A stretch of 63,972 nt of DNA, the filler included, from Chrysochromulina tobinii (lineage: Eukaryota): the NCBI GenBank assembly GCA_001275005.1. It is 6 parts of 6 records of this genome, joined end to end, with 100 filler letters (N's around TTAATTAATTAA, not from the genome) between each part and the next. Parts side by side here need not be neighbours in the genome. Positions count along the whole stretch, not along the records: positions 31,162 to 54,418 come from JWZX01000796.1; positions 54,519 to 56,306 come from JWZX01000800.1; positions 56,407 to 61,893 come from JWZX01000801.1; positions 61,994 to 63,972 come from JWZX01000824.1; 2 more parts are not named here. The stretch is one strand, 5' to 3'. The notes beneath the pieces were generated by a model. The model was not told where the DNA came from. It made no database searches and saw only the letters and a list, made by a program, of their open reading frames with translations. Position numbers and translations under genes: made by a program. This document shows positions 52,746 through 62,013 of the stretch, piece by piece; positions within the stretch are counted from its first letter, which is position 1; each line of letters begins with the position of its first letter.

Positions 52746-54418
52746 ATGGAGCCAGACGAGCCGCCGCCACGAACCCCCATGGAGCTCGGTCCCAATGGTC
52801 TGCCCTATGCGCGCTGCCCACCCGCACTCAATGAGTGGTGCAAATCTAGCCCATTCTTAGCGCAGCTGCCCGCTGACACTGTGCGCTCAATGCACCCGGC
52901 GATTGTCTGTCGGCCGCGCAATGACGTCGGAGGAGGCATGGGCTTATTCTGCAGCAATGGGATCGCCAAGGGCGACGTGGTGTGGGCCGAGCTCAAGGAG
53001 GCTGGCCGCGACGAGAACGAGGAGAGCCTTGCCGCGAGGATCGCCGTGCCGCGCACGCGCAAGTGGATTGAGGCGCTGCCGCCCGCCTCGAAAAAAGCCT
53101 ATTGCCATTTCATGTACAAGACGGACGATGACGAGTTCCAGAGCCTGGCAGAATTCAACTGCATGCCCGTCGATGAGTACCCGAATGCGCGCACCGTCGA
53201 CATTGCCAACTACATGAACCATTCGTGCTCGCCGACGTGCCTCTTTGTCGACGGCGGCGACGAGTACGAAGGCCTGATGGTGGCCGCACGCGATCTCGTC
53301 CCGGGCGACGAGGTGACATTTGACTATTGCACGTCCGAGGACTGCGACGGGCTCAGCCCCGAGTTCGAGTGTCGCTGCGGCACGGTCAATTGCCGCGGCA
53401 AGGTCACATCGCGTGATTGGCAGCTGCAGTCGGTGCAGCAGCAGTACGCGGGGCACTTCATGCCGCACATCGTCGAGAAGATCGCGCGCGTAAACCCCAG
53501 CGTGGAGGTGGCCCCGCTGGTCAAGGCGGACGTTTCTCAATCATGGTGGCTGGCCAACCTCAGTGGCTCTGCAGAAGGGCCCATTCCGAAACTGATGGCG
53601 AGCGCAGCGGGTCGGCCTGATCGACTCGAGCTCATCGAGCACGTGGCGTCCGGCCTGTGGCTCGACCTGCTCAACCGACAGGCCGCGATGCTCATCGTGC
53701 ACCACCGGCTCAAGATCAGCACGAATGAGGATTTGGGCGGCTTCGTGGAAGCAGGCGCGGCCATCGGCGCAGGTGAGCTTGTGATGATGCTACTGCCGCG
53801 CTCTGATGAACTCTGATGAACTCTGATGAGCTCTGATGACCCTATGATGGCCTCCCTCATCAGGCGAGCTTGTTATGCTGCTGCCGCCTAATCGCCTCCT
53901 GTGGGAAGAGGACGTAACGGACTTCAACGAGAACCTCCAGGTTGGCACCACGGCCAAGGGCGAGCGCCTCTTCTCGTCGTCGATCACGCCCGATGACGTC
54001 GACAACTATTTAGCCCACTCATGCGAGTCCAACTGCCGCTTCGTCCTCGGGCGCGATGTGACTGCCGCCCTCTACGCCACCAGGAACATCGCGGAGGGCG
54101 AGCCCATCACATTTGACTACGATGAGACCGACGATGATCTACGCGGCGACCGGGGTGGTTTCCTGTGTAAGTGCGGCGCCAAGAGCTGCCGCGGCGAGAT
54201 CCTCGGCCGACTTTACTCGCCCAAGGCGGCGCCTAAAGAGGAGCCGGCATTCGGCCTCAAAGGGGAGGAGACTGACGCTCCCACGGCCCCTCCCGCCGCA
54301 CCGGCCGCACCGGCCGAGGAGCCGGCATTTGACCTCAAGGCGCTCAAGGAGCAGGAGGCGGCGGAGATGAAGAAGAAGATTGAGGAGAACGCTCTCAAGG
54401 CCAAGCAGAAGGAGAAGG
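52746..54418 (+). CDS. Tandem SET/post-SET domain protein, 3'-truncated (intron 53773-53863)
   Basis: SET1: GMGLF...YMNHSCSP...GDEVTFDY...FECRCGTVNCRG. SET2: NYLAHSCESNC...GEPITFDY...FLCKCGAKSCRG. Frame runs into the contig end. Confidence 0.8.
54262..54418 (+). repeat. 157-bp copy of 51683-51839 (BFR1-like gene 3' region)
   Basis: Identical apart from T54330 vs C51751. Confidence 0.92.
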
Positions 54419-54518
54419 NNNNNNNNNNNNNNNNNNNNNNNNNNNNNNNNNNNNNNNNNNNNTTAATTAATTAANNNNNNNNNNNNNNNNNNNNNNNNNN
54501 NNNNNNNNNNNNNNNNNN
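54419..54518. other. Artificial contig linker
   Basis: N-run + TTAATTAATTAA. Confidence 0.98.
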
Positions 54519-56306
54519 CTTGATGATATGCTTGCCGCATGGGAGCGTGAGACGTGGACGTTTGTTGAGCAACCGGGCAGCGCGACTCTCCTCCAACCCC
54601 AGGGGCGAGACTCAGCTGTTCATGCGGCCCCACGCGCCCTCCTCGTGCAGGACTACCCGGAGGGGGGAGCTCGATGCCTTGATATTGAAACCTTTACGCG
54701 TGCCCTCTACATGCGCCATGTTCGCCGCCTTCTCGACCCTATTGAGCAAGGTTGGAAGGGCATGGTGATGCACTGGCTTGATCAACACTATGGCTTCCTC
54801 CACCAAGGCTACCGCCTTCTGCTCTCTGCCTGCGACTTTCTTGCGGTCCTCGATGGCACTGTCCCTCCGTTTTGGCAAAATGTCCTTGTCTCGTGGGGTA
54901 TGTTCGCTGCCCCATTGCCACTTGCGGAAGCCCCAAACCCGTCTTCCCCTCGGGATCTATCTGCGGAAGCTCACACTCATACCGCGGCCAGCTGCGACTT
55001 CGACGCTATCTGGAATGGGGGCGCCTCGCGCCCCGCCATTCCTCTCACAGGCTGGACCTTGCTCACGGTTGCCCTTGAACCGCTCGCATACAACCAGCTC
55101 ATCTCTGGAGTGTGGGGAGCGCGTGTTCGTGAGCCCACCCACGCGGCGGACGTTCTTCAGCGTGACCACTCCCGTGGATCTGCCACGCTCACCCGTGTTA
55201 GCGCTGCGCGCCGCGATCGTGCAGCTATGGTCCTCCGACGCTATCAGCAGATAGCGAATGCGGGGTTCACACATGTGGCTCACCTCCTCGTCGTTGACAC
55301 GGCGCTTGGTCGGATTCGTGTTCGACGCTACGCTGAGCTCACCCGACGAGGCCACCCTGCATGTATGGATGCCAAACTATACCAATGCCTCATTAACGGC
55401 TTCCCTGCTGCATGGTGGCAAGTGCTAGATGAGGCGTCTGCCTTGCTACGCTCCCGCCTCGAGACGCATGCATCACCTACACTGGGGGACTTGGTGCGAC
55501 TCTTCCCCCTCCCCACGGGCTCATGGGTACGTCTTCCCGATGGCACCGTGCACCAGATCGGACCAGACGGCATGCCGGCCCAAGGCTCCTCTTTCGAAGT
55601 GACCCCCACTAACCGACTCACCGGGTCTGCTCGCCGGACACCTCCCGGCGTCACCCGTGACCAGATGTGCGAAGTATTTGTTTGGAGGGAAGTTTGGACC
55701 CCTCACAACGAGGATGACGCTGCGCAAGAAGAGCGACGTATGCAGAGGGGGGGACGTGGTCGTGCCCACTCTGACCTTGTTTATGGCGGCCCAGTCGAGC
55801 CGCCTGGCCTACTGAGTGGCCCTCCAACACTGGGCTACCCCCATGTGAATGCCAGCCGCTGGGCGCTCATGTATGCACGTACGGATAGACTGCGCCCTGG
55901 TTCGCGGACAGAGGGGTTTTCACCCGAGCAGACACCAGTGAGAAGGGCCGCACCCACTTCGCGGAGGAGGCAGGCGGGGGAGCGATCAGCCGCCATTGGG
56001 GATCCAAGCATCGAGGCAACGGCGCGGGCAAACGTATCGATGAGGGCCGCAGCGTATCGGCAATCATGACGAACATGGCGTGTGGTCTCACGGAATGTCT
56101 CAAGTTGCTCCTCGCGGGTGAGACCTGCACAGTGACCTAGCCGCCAGCAGATCCGGCACAGTTGGGCATCCGGTCCAGTGCGTTGGCACCGGTCGTTGCC
56201 CAAAGGCCAAGCGTCCAGGAGCGTACGATAATGGCACTCACGCGTCCACCGTGGGAGTGATGGGCAGCACAAGCCTCCGAACAGGGCGAGGCGTACCTTC
56301 CCCGCT
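54519..56306. mobile_element. Non-LTR retrotransposon (L1/Tx1-like ORF2) fragment with an inverted segment
   Basis: + strand LLVQDYPEGGARCLDIETFTRALYMRHVRRLL...W matches the post-RT 'GGLG..D...AL..KW' region. - strand LLDAWPLG...CRIC...ETTRHVRHDC matches the zf-RVT CCHC finger. Lower GC than host genes. Confidence 0.65.
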
Positions 56307-56406
56307 NNNNNNNNNNNNNNNNNNNNNNNNNNNNNNNNNNNNNNNNNNNNTTAATTAATTAANNNNNNNNNNNNNNNNNNNNNNNNNNNNNNNNNNNNNN
56401 NNNNNN
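56307..56406. other. Artificial contig linker
   Basis: N-run + TTAATTAATTAA. Confidence 0.98.
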
Positions 56407-56408
56407 AT

Positions 56409-59400
56409 GGCTGCGGCGACACAGCCATCTCGCAGGTCCTCAACAAGCAGCCAGGCAGGCCGCCGCCCGCGCTCCGGACGGCGCCCCGTCCGGCATGGGC
56501 CACGGTCCGGCCGTGCTCGGCCACCTTTGTCAACTTCCAGGAGGCGCTCAGCTCGCCCTCGCTCTTCGACGCGCTGCATGGCAGCCGCGCGGGCGCGTAC
56601 AAGGAGTTCTTCCTCGCGCTGGCGATCAACCACTCGGTGATGGTCGAGGAGGTCAACGGCAAGCAAGACCTGGCCGCCTCCTCACCGGACGAGCAGGCCT
56701 TCGTGGCGGGCGCCGAGCTCTTTGGCTTCGAGTACCTCTCGCGCAACACCTTCGAAGGGCGACTCACGCTCCGCGACAAGCACGACGGCGTCACGTACGA
56801 CGTGCAGATCCTCGACGTGTTCCCGTATGAGTCGTCCCGAAAGCGCATGTCGATGCTCGTGCGCCTGCCCGAGGGGCTCGTGCGCGCGCTGGGCGGCGGC
56901 GAGGCGATCCGACTCTACTGCAAGGGCGCCGACTCGAAGTTGATGGAGCTCGTGGAGGAGACGACGCCCGAAGAGGTGCAAGAGGAGCTCTCGACGCTCC
57001 TCGATGAGTGGGGCGAGATTGCGCTGCGGACGCTCGTCTGGGGCAAGAAGGAGATCAGCGAGGCGACGTACGCGGCGTGGCACGCGCAGTACGAGGCCGT
57101 CTGCGCCTCACCCGACGAGATCGCCAAGATGAAGAAGGGGCTGCCCAACAAGATCACGAGCTCGCAGTCCGAGCTCGAGTCGACCCTGATCCTTCAAGGC
57201 TCCACGGCCATCGAGGACAAGCTCCAGCAGGGTGTGCCGGAGCTCCTCGCGGACCTGCGCACCGCGGGCATCAAGATCTGGATGCTCACCGGCGACAAGG
57301 TGGGCACGGCCGTCAACATCGCGCGCGCGTGTGAGATCCTGCCGGGGTCGGCCAAGGTGCTCGAGATCACGTCCGACGAATACCCGGTGCTTGCCGCCGT
57401 GCGGACTGAGGACCTGCTCGAATGCCAGCGCGAGCTGCTGCAGCTTGACAAGGCTAATGAGGCGCTCACCGCGCCCTCGTGTGTCACGCGCTGGCGGGCG
57501 TGGTGCGCGCGCTCGTTCATGCTGCCCTCGCAGCAGCGCAAGCAGGCGGAGGCGCGCGCCGCCGCTCGGCGCGAGGTCATCGGACGGCACACGGCCGCGC
57601 TCGACGCCAAGTATGCGGGTCTGCTCGAGCTGCGGACGGAGCTGCGCGAGCACATCGACGACGTGCTCTCTGGCGTGGCCGAGGCGGCGGCCGCCAAGAA
57701 GGCGCCCCTCGAGTACTGCCTGGTGATCGATGAGAAGGCAATCGAGTACTGCGGCACGCTCATGCCCGAGGCGCTCGCGGCGGTCGGGGACGCGAGCAAG
57801 TCTGTGGTCGCCTGCCGCGCACGCAAAGACCAAAAGGCGCAGATGCTCAACCTCATCAAGAACGCCGTGCCGGGCTGCTGCTGCCTCGCCATCGGCGATG
57901 GCGCCAACGACGTGGCGATGATCAAGGCGGGCCACATCGGTGTGGGCATCATCGGCAAGGAGGGGCGCGAGTGTGTGAATTCGGCCGACTTCGCCATCGG
58001 CCAGTTCCAGTTCCTGCGCTCGCTGCTCCTCGTGCACGGCCGGCTCAACTACCGGCGCTTCGCCATGTTCCTCTACTACACCTTCTACAAGAACATCTTC
58101 GTCACGATGACGCTCTTCTTCTACCAGACGCTCGCGGCTTCGTCAATCACGCTGTTGCTCCCGTCGGTCTTCAATGACCTTCTGAACCCGGTCATGCTCA
58201 CCTCGCTCCCGATCATCATCTACCCCCTATTCGACAACGACGTGCCCAAGCACGTCTCGGCGCACTCGCCGCTGCTCTACACGCAGGGCATCGCGCGGCT
58301 GCACTTTACGCACCGCGGCATGCTCCTGTGGGTCCTCGAGGGCATCTACTCCGCCGCCCTCGTCGCCTACCTGCCGGGCCTGCTGATCTCGTTTGGGCGA
58401 GATGGCGATGTGGTGACGGGCCAGCTCGCCGGGGGCATCTCGCTCAGTGAGCTCTCGGTCGGCGCGCTCTGGACGCTGTGCGTGTGCATCAACGTGCGCC
58501 TCATCCTCGAGAACAACTCATGGTCGGTCGTCGAGTTCCTCGGTCCGTTCCTGATGATCGCGATGCTTGCGGTCTGGTCGGTCATCTTCGAATACGTGCC
58601 CAGCCGTCAGTACGATGGCTCGTTCTCGTGGCCGCTCCTCTATAACGTGATGGGCACCGTGTTGCTCTCGGGCCCCTTTTGGCTGCAGATGCTGCTGCTC
58701 ATCGTCCTCGTCATCGCACCCCGCATGCTGCACCTTGCCTACATCCACATCTACTACCAGTCGCCCCTCGCGGCCCCAGACGCGAAGGACGCCTTTTCGA
58801 GGATGTCAAGCCACGAAGAGATCTCGAGCGCAGACGATGCCGACGTCGAGGAGGGCGCGACTCCGCAGGACCCGACCTCCGCCTCCGCCTCCCCGCCGAA
58901 GCCGAGCACGCTTCGCCGCTCCACCACCACCTCGAAGGTCGATCTCGGGGTCGATCTCGGAGCACGCCACAATTACGATCAGGCGGTCGCGCGCAAAGAG
59001 ATCGCCATGTTGAGCCGGGCGAGCTCGGCCCGACTCTCGCACGCTGATTCACACGGGTGGCTGGTGCCGAGGGTGGGCACAGACGGCACCGATGGCAATT
59101 CTCAAAGATCTCTGTCGGAACGGAGCCCATCGGGACGGAGCCTTGGTACATCGGGCGCGGCACCGGCACGAGGCCTTTCAAGACGGGCGAGCATCAAGGC
59201 ATTCAACGAGCCGGGTCGGCTTTCCGTGCGGCGCAGTTGCTCCTCACCTGCTGAGGTTGCGTCACCGACCGGGATCTCGCTGTCCGAGATCAATGCCTCC
59301 TCTGTGGCCTCGTCGCCGGAAGAGCTGGGCCGATCGCCGCTGGTGCGGCAGCCGACGGCGCGGCGCGACAACACGTCGCTCATGTCGCGCGCGCAGAACA

Positions 59401-59657
59401 CCTTTGACATCGACTCCGTCTCTCAGAATGTGATGCTTGCCCGCTTGACCACGCTGGGCCGACATTCGTTCTCAACTCTCCTCAGCGAGATGGACAACGA
59501 GCGCGAAGAGGCGGCGATGCTGCGTGGGCGCGCTCGGTCAGATGAGACGCAGTACGCGCTGCCATCCGAGCCGGCACCACCCCGAACCCCTGAGCAAGTA
59601 CAGCCACGCTCGACTGCGACGCCGCTTTCGTCCGTGGCTGTCACGGCTGACGACTAG
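56409..59657 (+). CDS. P4-type ATPase (phospholipid flippase), 5'-truncated
   Basis: ASSPDEQAFV, SSRKRMS, YCKGADS, LRTL, GSTAIEDKLQ.GVP, IKIWMLTGDK, AIGDGANDVAMI, ADFAIGQF.FL..LLLVHGR; C-terminal transmembrane segments. Frame is open from the contig start. Confidence 0.95.
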   Translation, partial: GCGDTAISQVLNKQPGRPPPALRTAPRPAWATVRPCSATFVNFQEALSSPSLFDALHGSRAGAYKEFFLALAINHSVMVEEVNGKQDLAASSPDEQAFVAGAELFGFEYLSRNTFEGRLTLRDKHDGVTYDVQILDVFPYESSRKRMSMLVRLPEGLVRALGGGEAIRLYCKGADSKLMELVEETTPEEVQEELSTLLDEWGEIALRTLVWGKKEISEATYAAWHAQYEAVCASPDEIAKMKKGLPNKITSSQSELESTLILQGSTAIEDKLQQGVPELLADLRTAGIKIWMLTGDKVGTAVNIARACEILPGSAKVLEITSDEYPVLAAVRTEDLLECQRELLQLDKANEALTAPSCVTRWRAWCARSFMLPSQQRKQAEARAAARREVIGRHTAALDAKYAGLLELRTELREHIDDVLSGVAEAAAAKKAPLEYCLVIDEKAIEYCGTLMPEALAAVGDASKSVVACRARKDQKAQMLNLIKNAVPGCCCLAIGDGANDVAMIKAGHIGVGIIGKEGRECVNSADFAIGQFQFLRSLLLVHGRLNYRRFAMFLYYTFYKNIFVTMTLFFYQTLAASSITLLLPSVFNDLLNPVMLTSLPIIIYPLFDNDVPKHVSAHSPLLYTQGIARLHFTHRGMLLWVLEGIYSAALVAYLPGLLISFGRDGDVVTGQLAGGISLSELSVGALWTLCVCINVRLILENNSWSVVEFLGPFLMIAMLAVWSVIFEYVPSRQYDGSFSWPLLYNVMGTVLLSGPFWLQMLLLIVLVIAPRMLHLAYIHIYYQSPLAAPDAKDAFSRMSSHEEISSADDADVEEGATPQDPTSASASPPKPSTLRRSTTTSKVDLGVDLGARHNYDQAVARKEIAMLSRASSARLSHADSHGWLVPRVGTDGTDGNSQRSLSERSPSGRSLGTSGAAPARGLSRRASIKAFNEPGRLSVRRSCSSPAEVASPTGISLSEINASSVASSPEELGRSPLVRQPTARRDNTSLMSRAQNTFDIDSVSQNVMLARLTTLGRHSFSTLLSEMDNEREEAAMLRGRARSDETQYALPSEPAPPRTPEQVQPRSTATPLSSVAVTADD

Positions 59658-59934
59658 ACCTGCATCGGATGGCAGCTGCTGACGTGGGTCTCTCTACACA
59701 CGAAACGACCGTAGGGGGTCGTCCATGACACCATGCCTTACTTTAGTCCGCAGACATTCTGAGTACTTGTACACGCACAATTGTCTCGGGCGGGTGCATG
59801 TCGCCCATTCTGACCATAATCGGAGTAACGGACGAGCGTGTCGGGACGATTCGAATTAAACGTGGGTCCACCGGGGAGGCTGTCGGCTTAAAACTAGAGG
59901 ACACCGGTACCGGCCTCAACGGTCTGGCGCTCAC

Positions 59935-60693
59935 TCACTCACCGCCGGTCCCGCTCTCGCCCGGTAGGAGCGGTGCCCAATGGGCCGTGTACACGAGCCA
60001 CGTGATCGCCACGACCGGAATGCTCACGTGCCACGCCACGTGCCACGCCATAAACGGCACAAAGCGCTCATGCGCAAGGGCGCGCTGCGACAGTGCAAAG
60101 GGCACGAGCCCAAAGAGCGAGAGCGCCGCCAGGCCACGCTGCACCGGTGAGCTGTGCGGACGCCAGCAGACGTTGCCAATAAAGAACGTGAGGATGGTCA
60201 TGCTCGTTGCGAGCAGCCTATCAGCCAAGTAGGCCACATGCTGCGCCTTGCACTGGCGCGTACGAGCCCAAACATCGGCCCACCATGAGACGGGACCCTG
60301 GACGACGAGGAGCAGGCTGAATCGGTCGAGGCCGAATGGGACCGAGGTGATGAACACGGAGGGCAATCGATGATTGAACCAGAGCAGCATGAGCGTGCCG
60401 ACGAACATGTACGAGAATGATGATAGACAGAATGCCGTATACAGGGCTCGTGGCGGTGCTGCAAACGCGAGGCGAAGGGTGCGCTCTGCCTTGGACTGGG
60501 GTGCTCCACTTCGTCGCACGAAGTCATGGGAGCACAATGCACCAAAGCCCCAATTGTCATATGAATTGGTGCGAACCGGTGGTTTTTGCAGCACGGCAAC
60601 TGCCGTCGGAGCCGCTCGACGCGGCGAGGAACTGCGACTGCGGGTCGAGGCGTGAAGGCCCGGCTTGACGGCTTTGGTATTTGCTCTCCGCAT
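59935..60693 (-). CDS. Membrane protein, CREST-superfamily-like
   Basis: Several transmembrane segments; S-WWA-D, downstream ADR, and a C-terminal WHVAWH (HxxWH) motif. Confidence 0.5.
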   Translation of the reverse strand: MRRANTKAVKPGLHASTRSRSSSPRRAAPTAVAVLQKPPVRTNSYDNWGFGALCSHDFVRRSGAPQSKAERTLRLAFAAPPRALYTAFCLSSFSYMFVGTLMLLWFNHRLPSVFITSVPFGLDRFSLLLVVQGPVSWWADVWARTRQCKAQHVAYLADRLLATSMTILTFFIGNVCWRPHSSPVQRGLAALSLFGLVPFALSQRALAHERFVPFMAWHVAWHVSIPVVAITWLVYTAHWAPLLPGESGTGGE

Positions 60694-61096
60694 TGGGACC
60701 CTCCCTCTCTGTGGGACTGTGCATGTGGGGACTCACAAGGAACTGTGGGGACTTTCGTCGGCCAGTGCCAGGAGCGCCACCCCGGCTGTGACGCACACGC
60801 TTCAGTCATCTCGGCAGGTGGCAGCCCGCACTTTTGCACCATCGCGGCCAGCGTATCAAAGCGTATTAGTTACGATGGCTCGCCGGCTTGCGTCGCCGGC
60901 CGGGCCGCTGGCCTCGCGGTCGTTGTCTCGCTGAAATGGTCAGCTCTGGTGGCGAGGGTGGTGGCGAGGGAAACCGAGGGTGGTCGTGAGGTTTGTTGGC
61001 GCGGAGGGGTTGGCCGCGAACGCGTCGGCTACTTCGCGCGCTTGCTCCCCCAACCACACGGCAGCTGCTGCTCACGCAGAACAGGAGGTAATCGAG

Positions 61097-61807
61097 ATGT
61101 CGACGAACGAGGATCGGACGAGCCCAACCTTCACTGCAGTGCGCTCCGCAAGCGTTCTCAGGAAGAATGAGCGAGCGATCGACAAGATCCTACGCGTGCT
61201 CGTGATCAAGACGACGGTGACCGAGGACGACCTCGAAGCGGTCCAGAACATTCTCGACTCGAACATCACGATCCGCCGCGCGGGCGGCAGCACCGAGATC
61301 CTCTCGGTCGCCAGTGCCTTCGGCCGCAACGACCTGTTCATCCGCGTGTACTTGGCGATTTCGTCGGCGCGCGTGGAGCCCGAGGCCTTGGTGATGTTGA
61401 CGGACCCGACCAGGCTGCGTGCAGTTTGGGATCCATCTAGCTGGACCGGCGAGGTGGTTGCCAAGTCGGCAGCTCAGAACCTTGTGCAGATCGTGTATAC
61501 CTCGCCTTCCCTTTCACTCGCGAAAGCGGTGGCGCTCGAGGAGGCGCTGCAGTCGCGGCAGCGGCAAGGGCGGCCGTGTCCCCGAGTGGGCACCGTGCCT
61601 CCCCCACCATTGTGCGTGATGTCGCCACAGATGCGTGGCTCAAGCCTCAGCTCTTCGAGTGCCGCACCAGCATTTGCCCACTCGAAGGTGCTGCTCACCG
61701 CCGACACCGGACTGCCTCAGAGGACAGAGCTCCAGGCCAACATGGACGACACGGGCGGCCGTGTGCGTGTCCCCCATTGGGCACCATGGCTCCCCTACCT
61801 CGGTTAG
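61097..61807 (+). CDS. Uncharacterised protein, possibly a partial START/SRPBCC-like domain
   Basis: VEPEALVMLTDPTRLRAVWDP...EVV...QIVY weakly resembles START; probably spliced and truncated near the contig end. Confidence 0.3.
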   Translation: MSTNEDRTSPTFTAVRSASVLRKNERAIDKILRVLVIKTTVTEDDLEAVQNILDSNITIRRAGGSTEILSVASAFGRNDLFIRVYLAISSARVEPEALVMLTDPTRLRAVWDPSSWTGEVVAKSAAQNLVQIVYTSPSLSLAKAVALEEALQSRQRQGRPCPRVGTVPPPPLCVMSPQMRGSSLSSSSAAPAFAHSKVLLTADTGLPQRTELQANMDDTGGRVRVPHWAPWLPYLG

Positions 61808-61893
61808 CTTGTTCAGTTACAAATCATTTCATACATGTAAATCACGCCGGTCCTGAAGTGAGGTTCCCCCCCCCCCCCCCCCCCCCCCCCCCT

Positions 61894-61993
61894 NNNNNNN
61901 NNNNNNNNNNNNNNNNNNNNNNNNNNNNNNNNNNNNNTTAATTAATTAANNNNNNNNNNNNNNNNNNNNNNNNNNNNNNNNNNNNNNNNNNNN
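61894..61993. other. Artificial contig linker
   Basis: N-run + TTAATTAATTAA, preceded by a poly-C run. Confidence 0.98.
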
Positions 61994-62013
61994 GCTCATA
62001 CTCAGTTATAATC

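Noticed and set aside
61866..61892. Poly-C tract as a functional G-quadruplex element
   Set aside because: Lies at a contig end, where homopolymers are typical sequencing or assembly break points.
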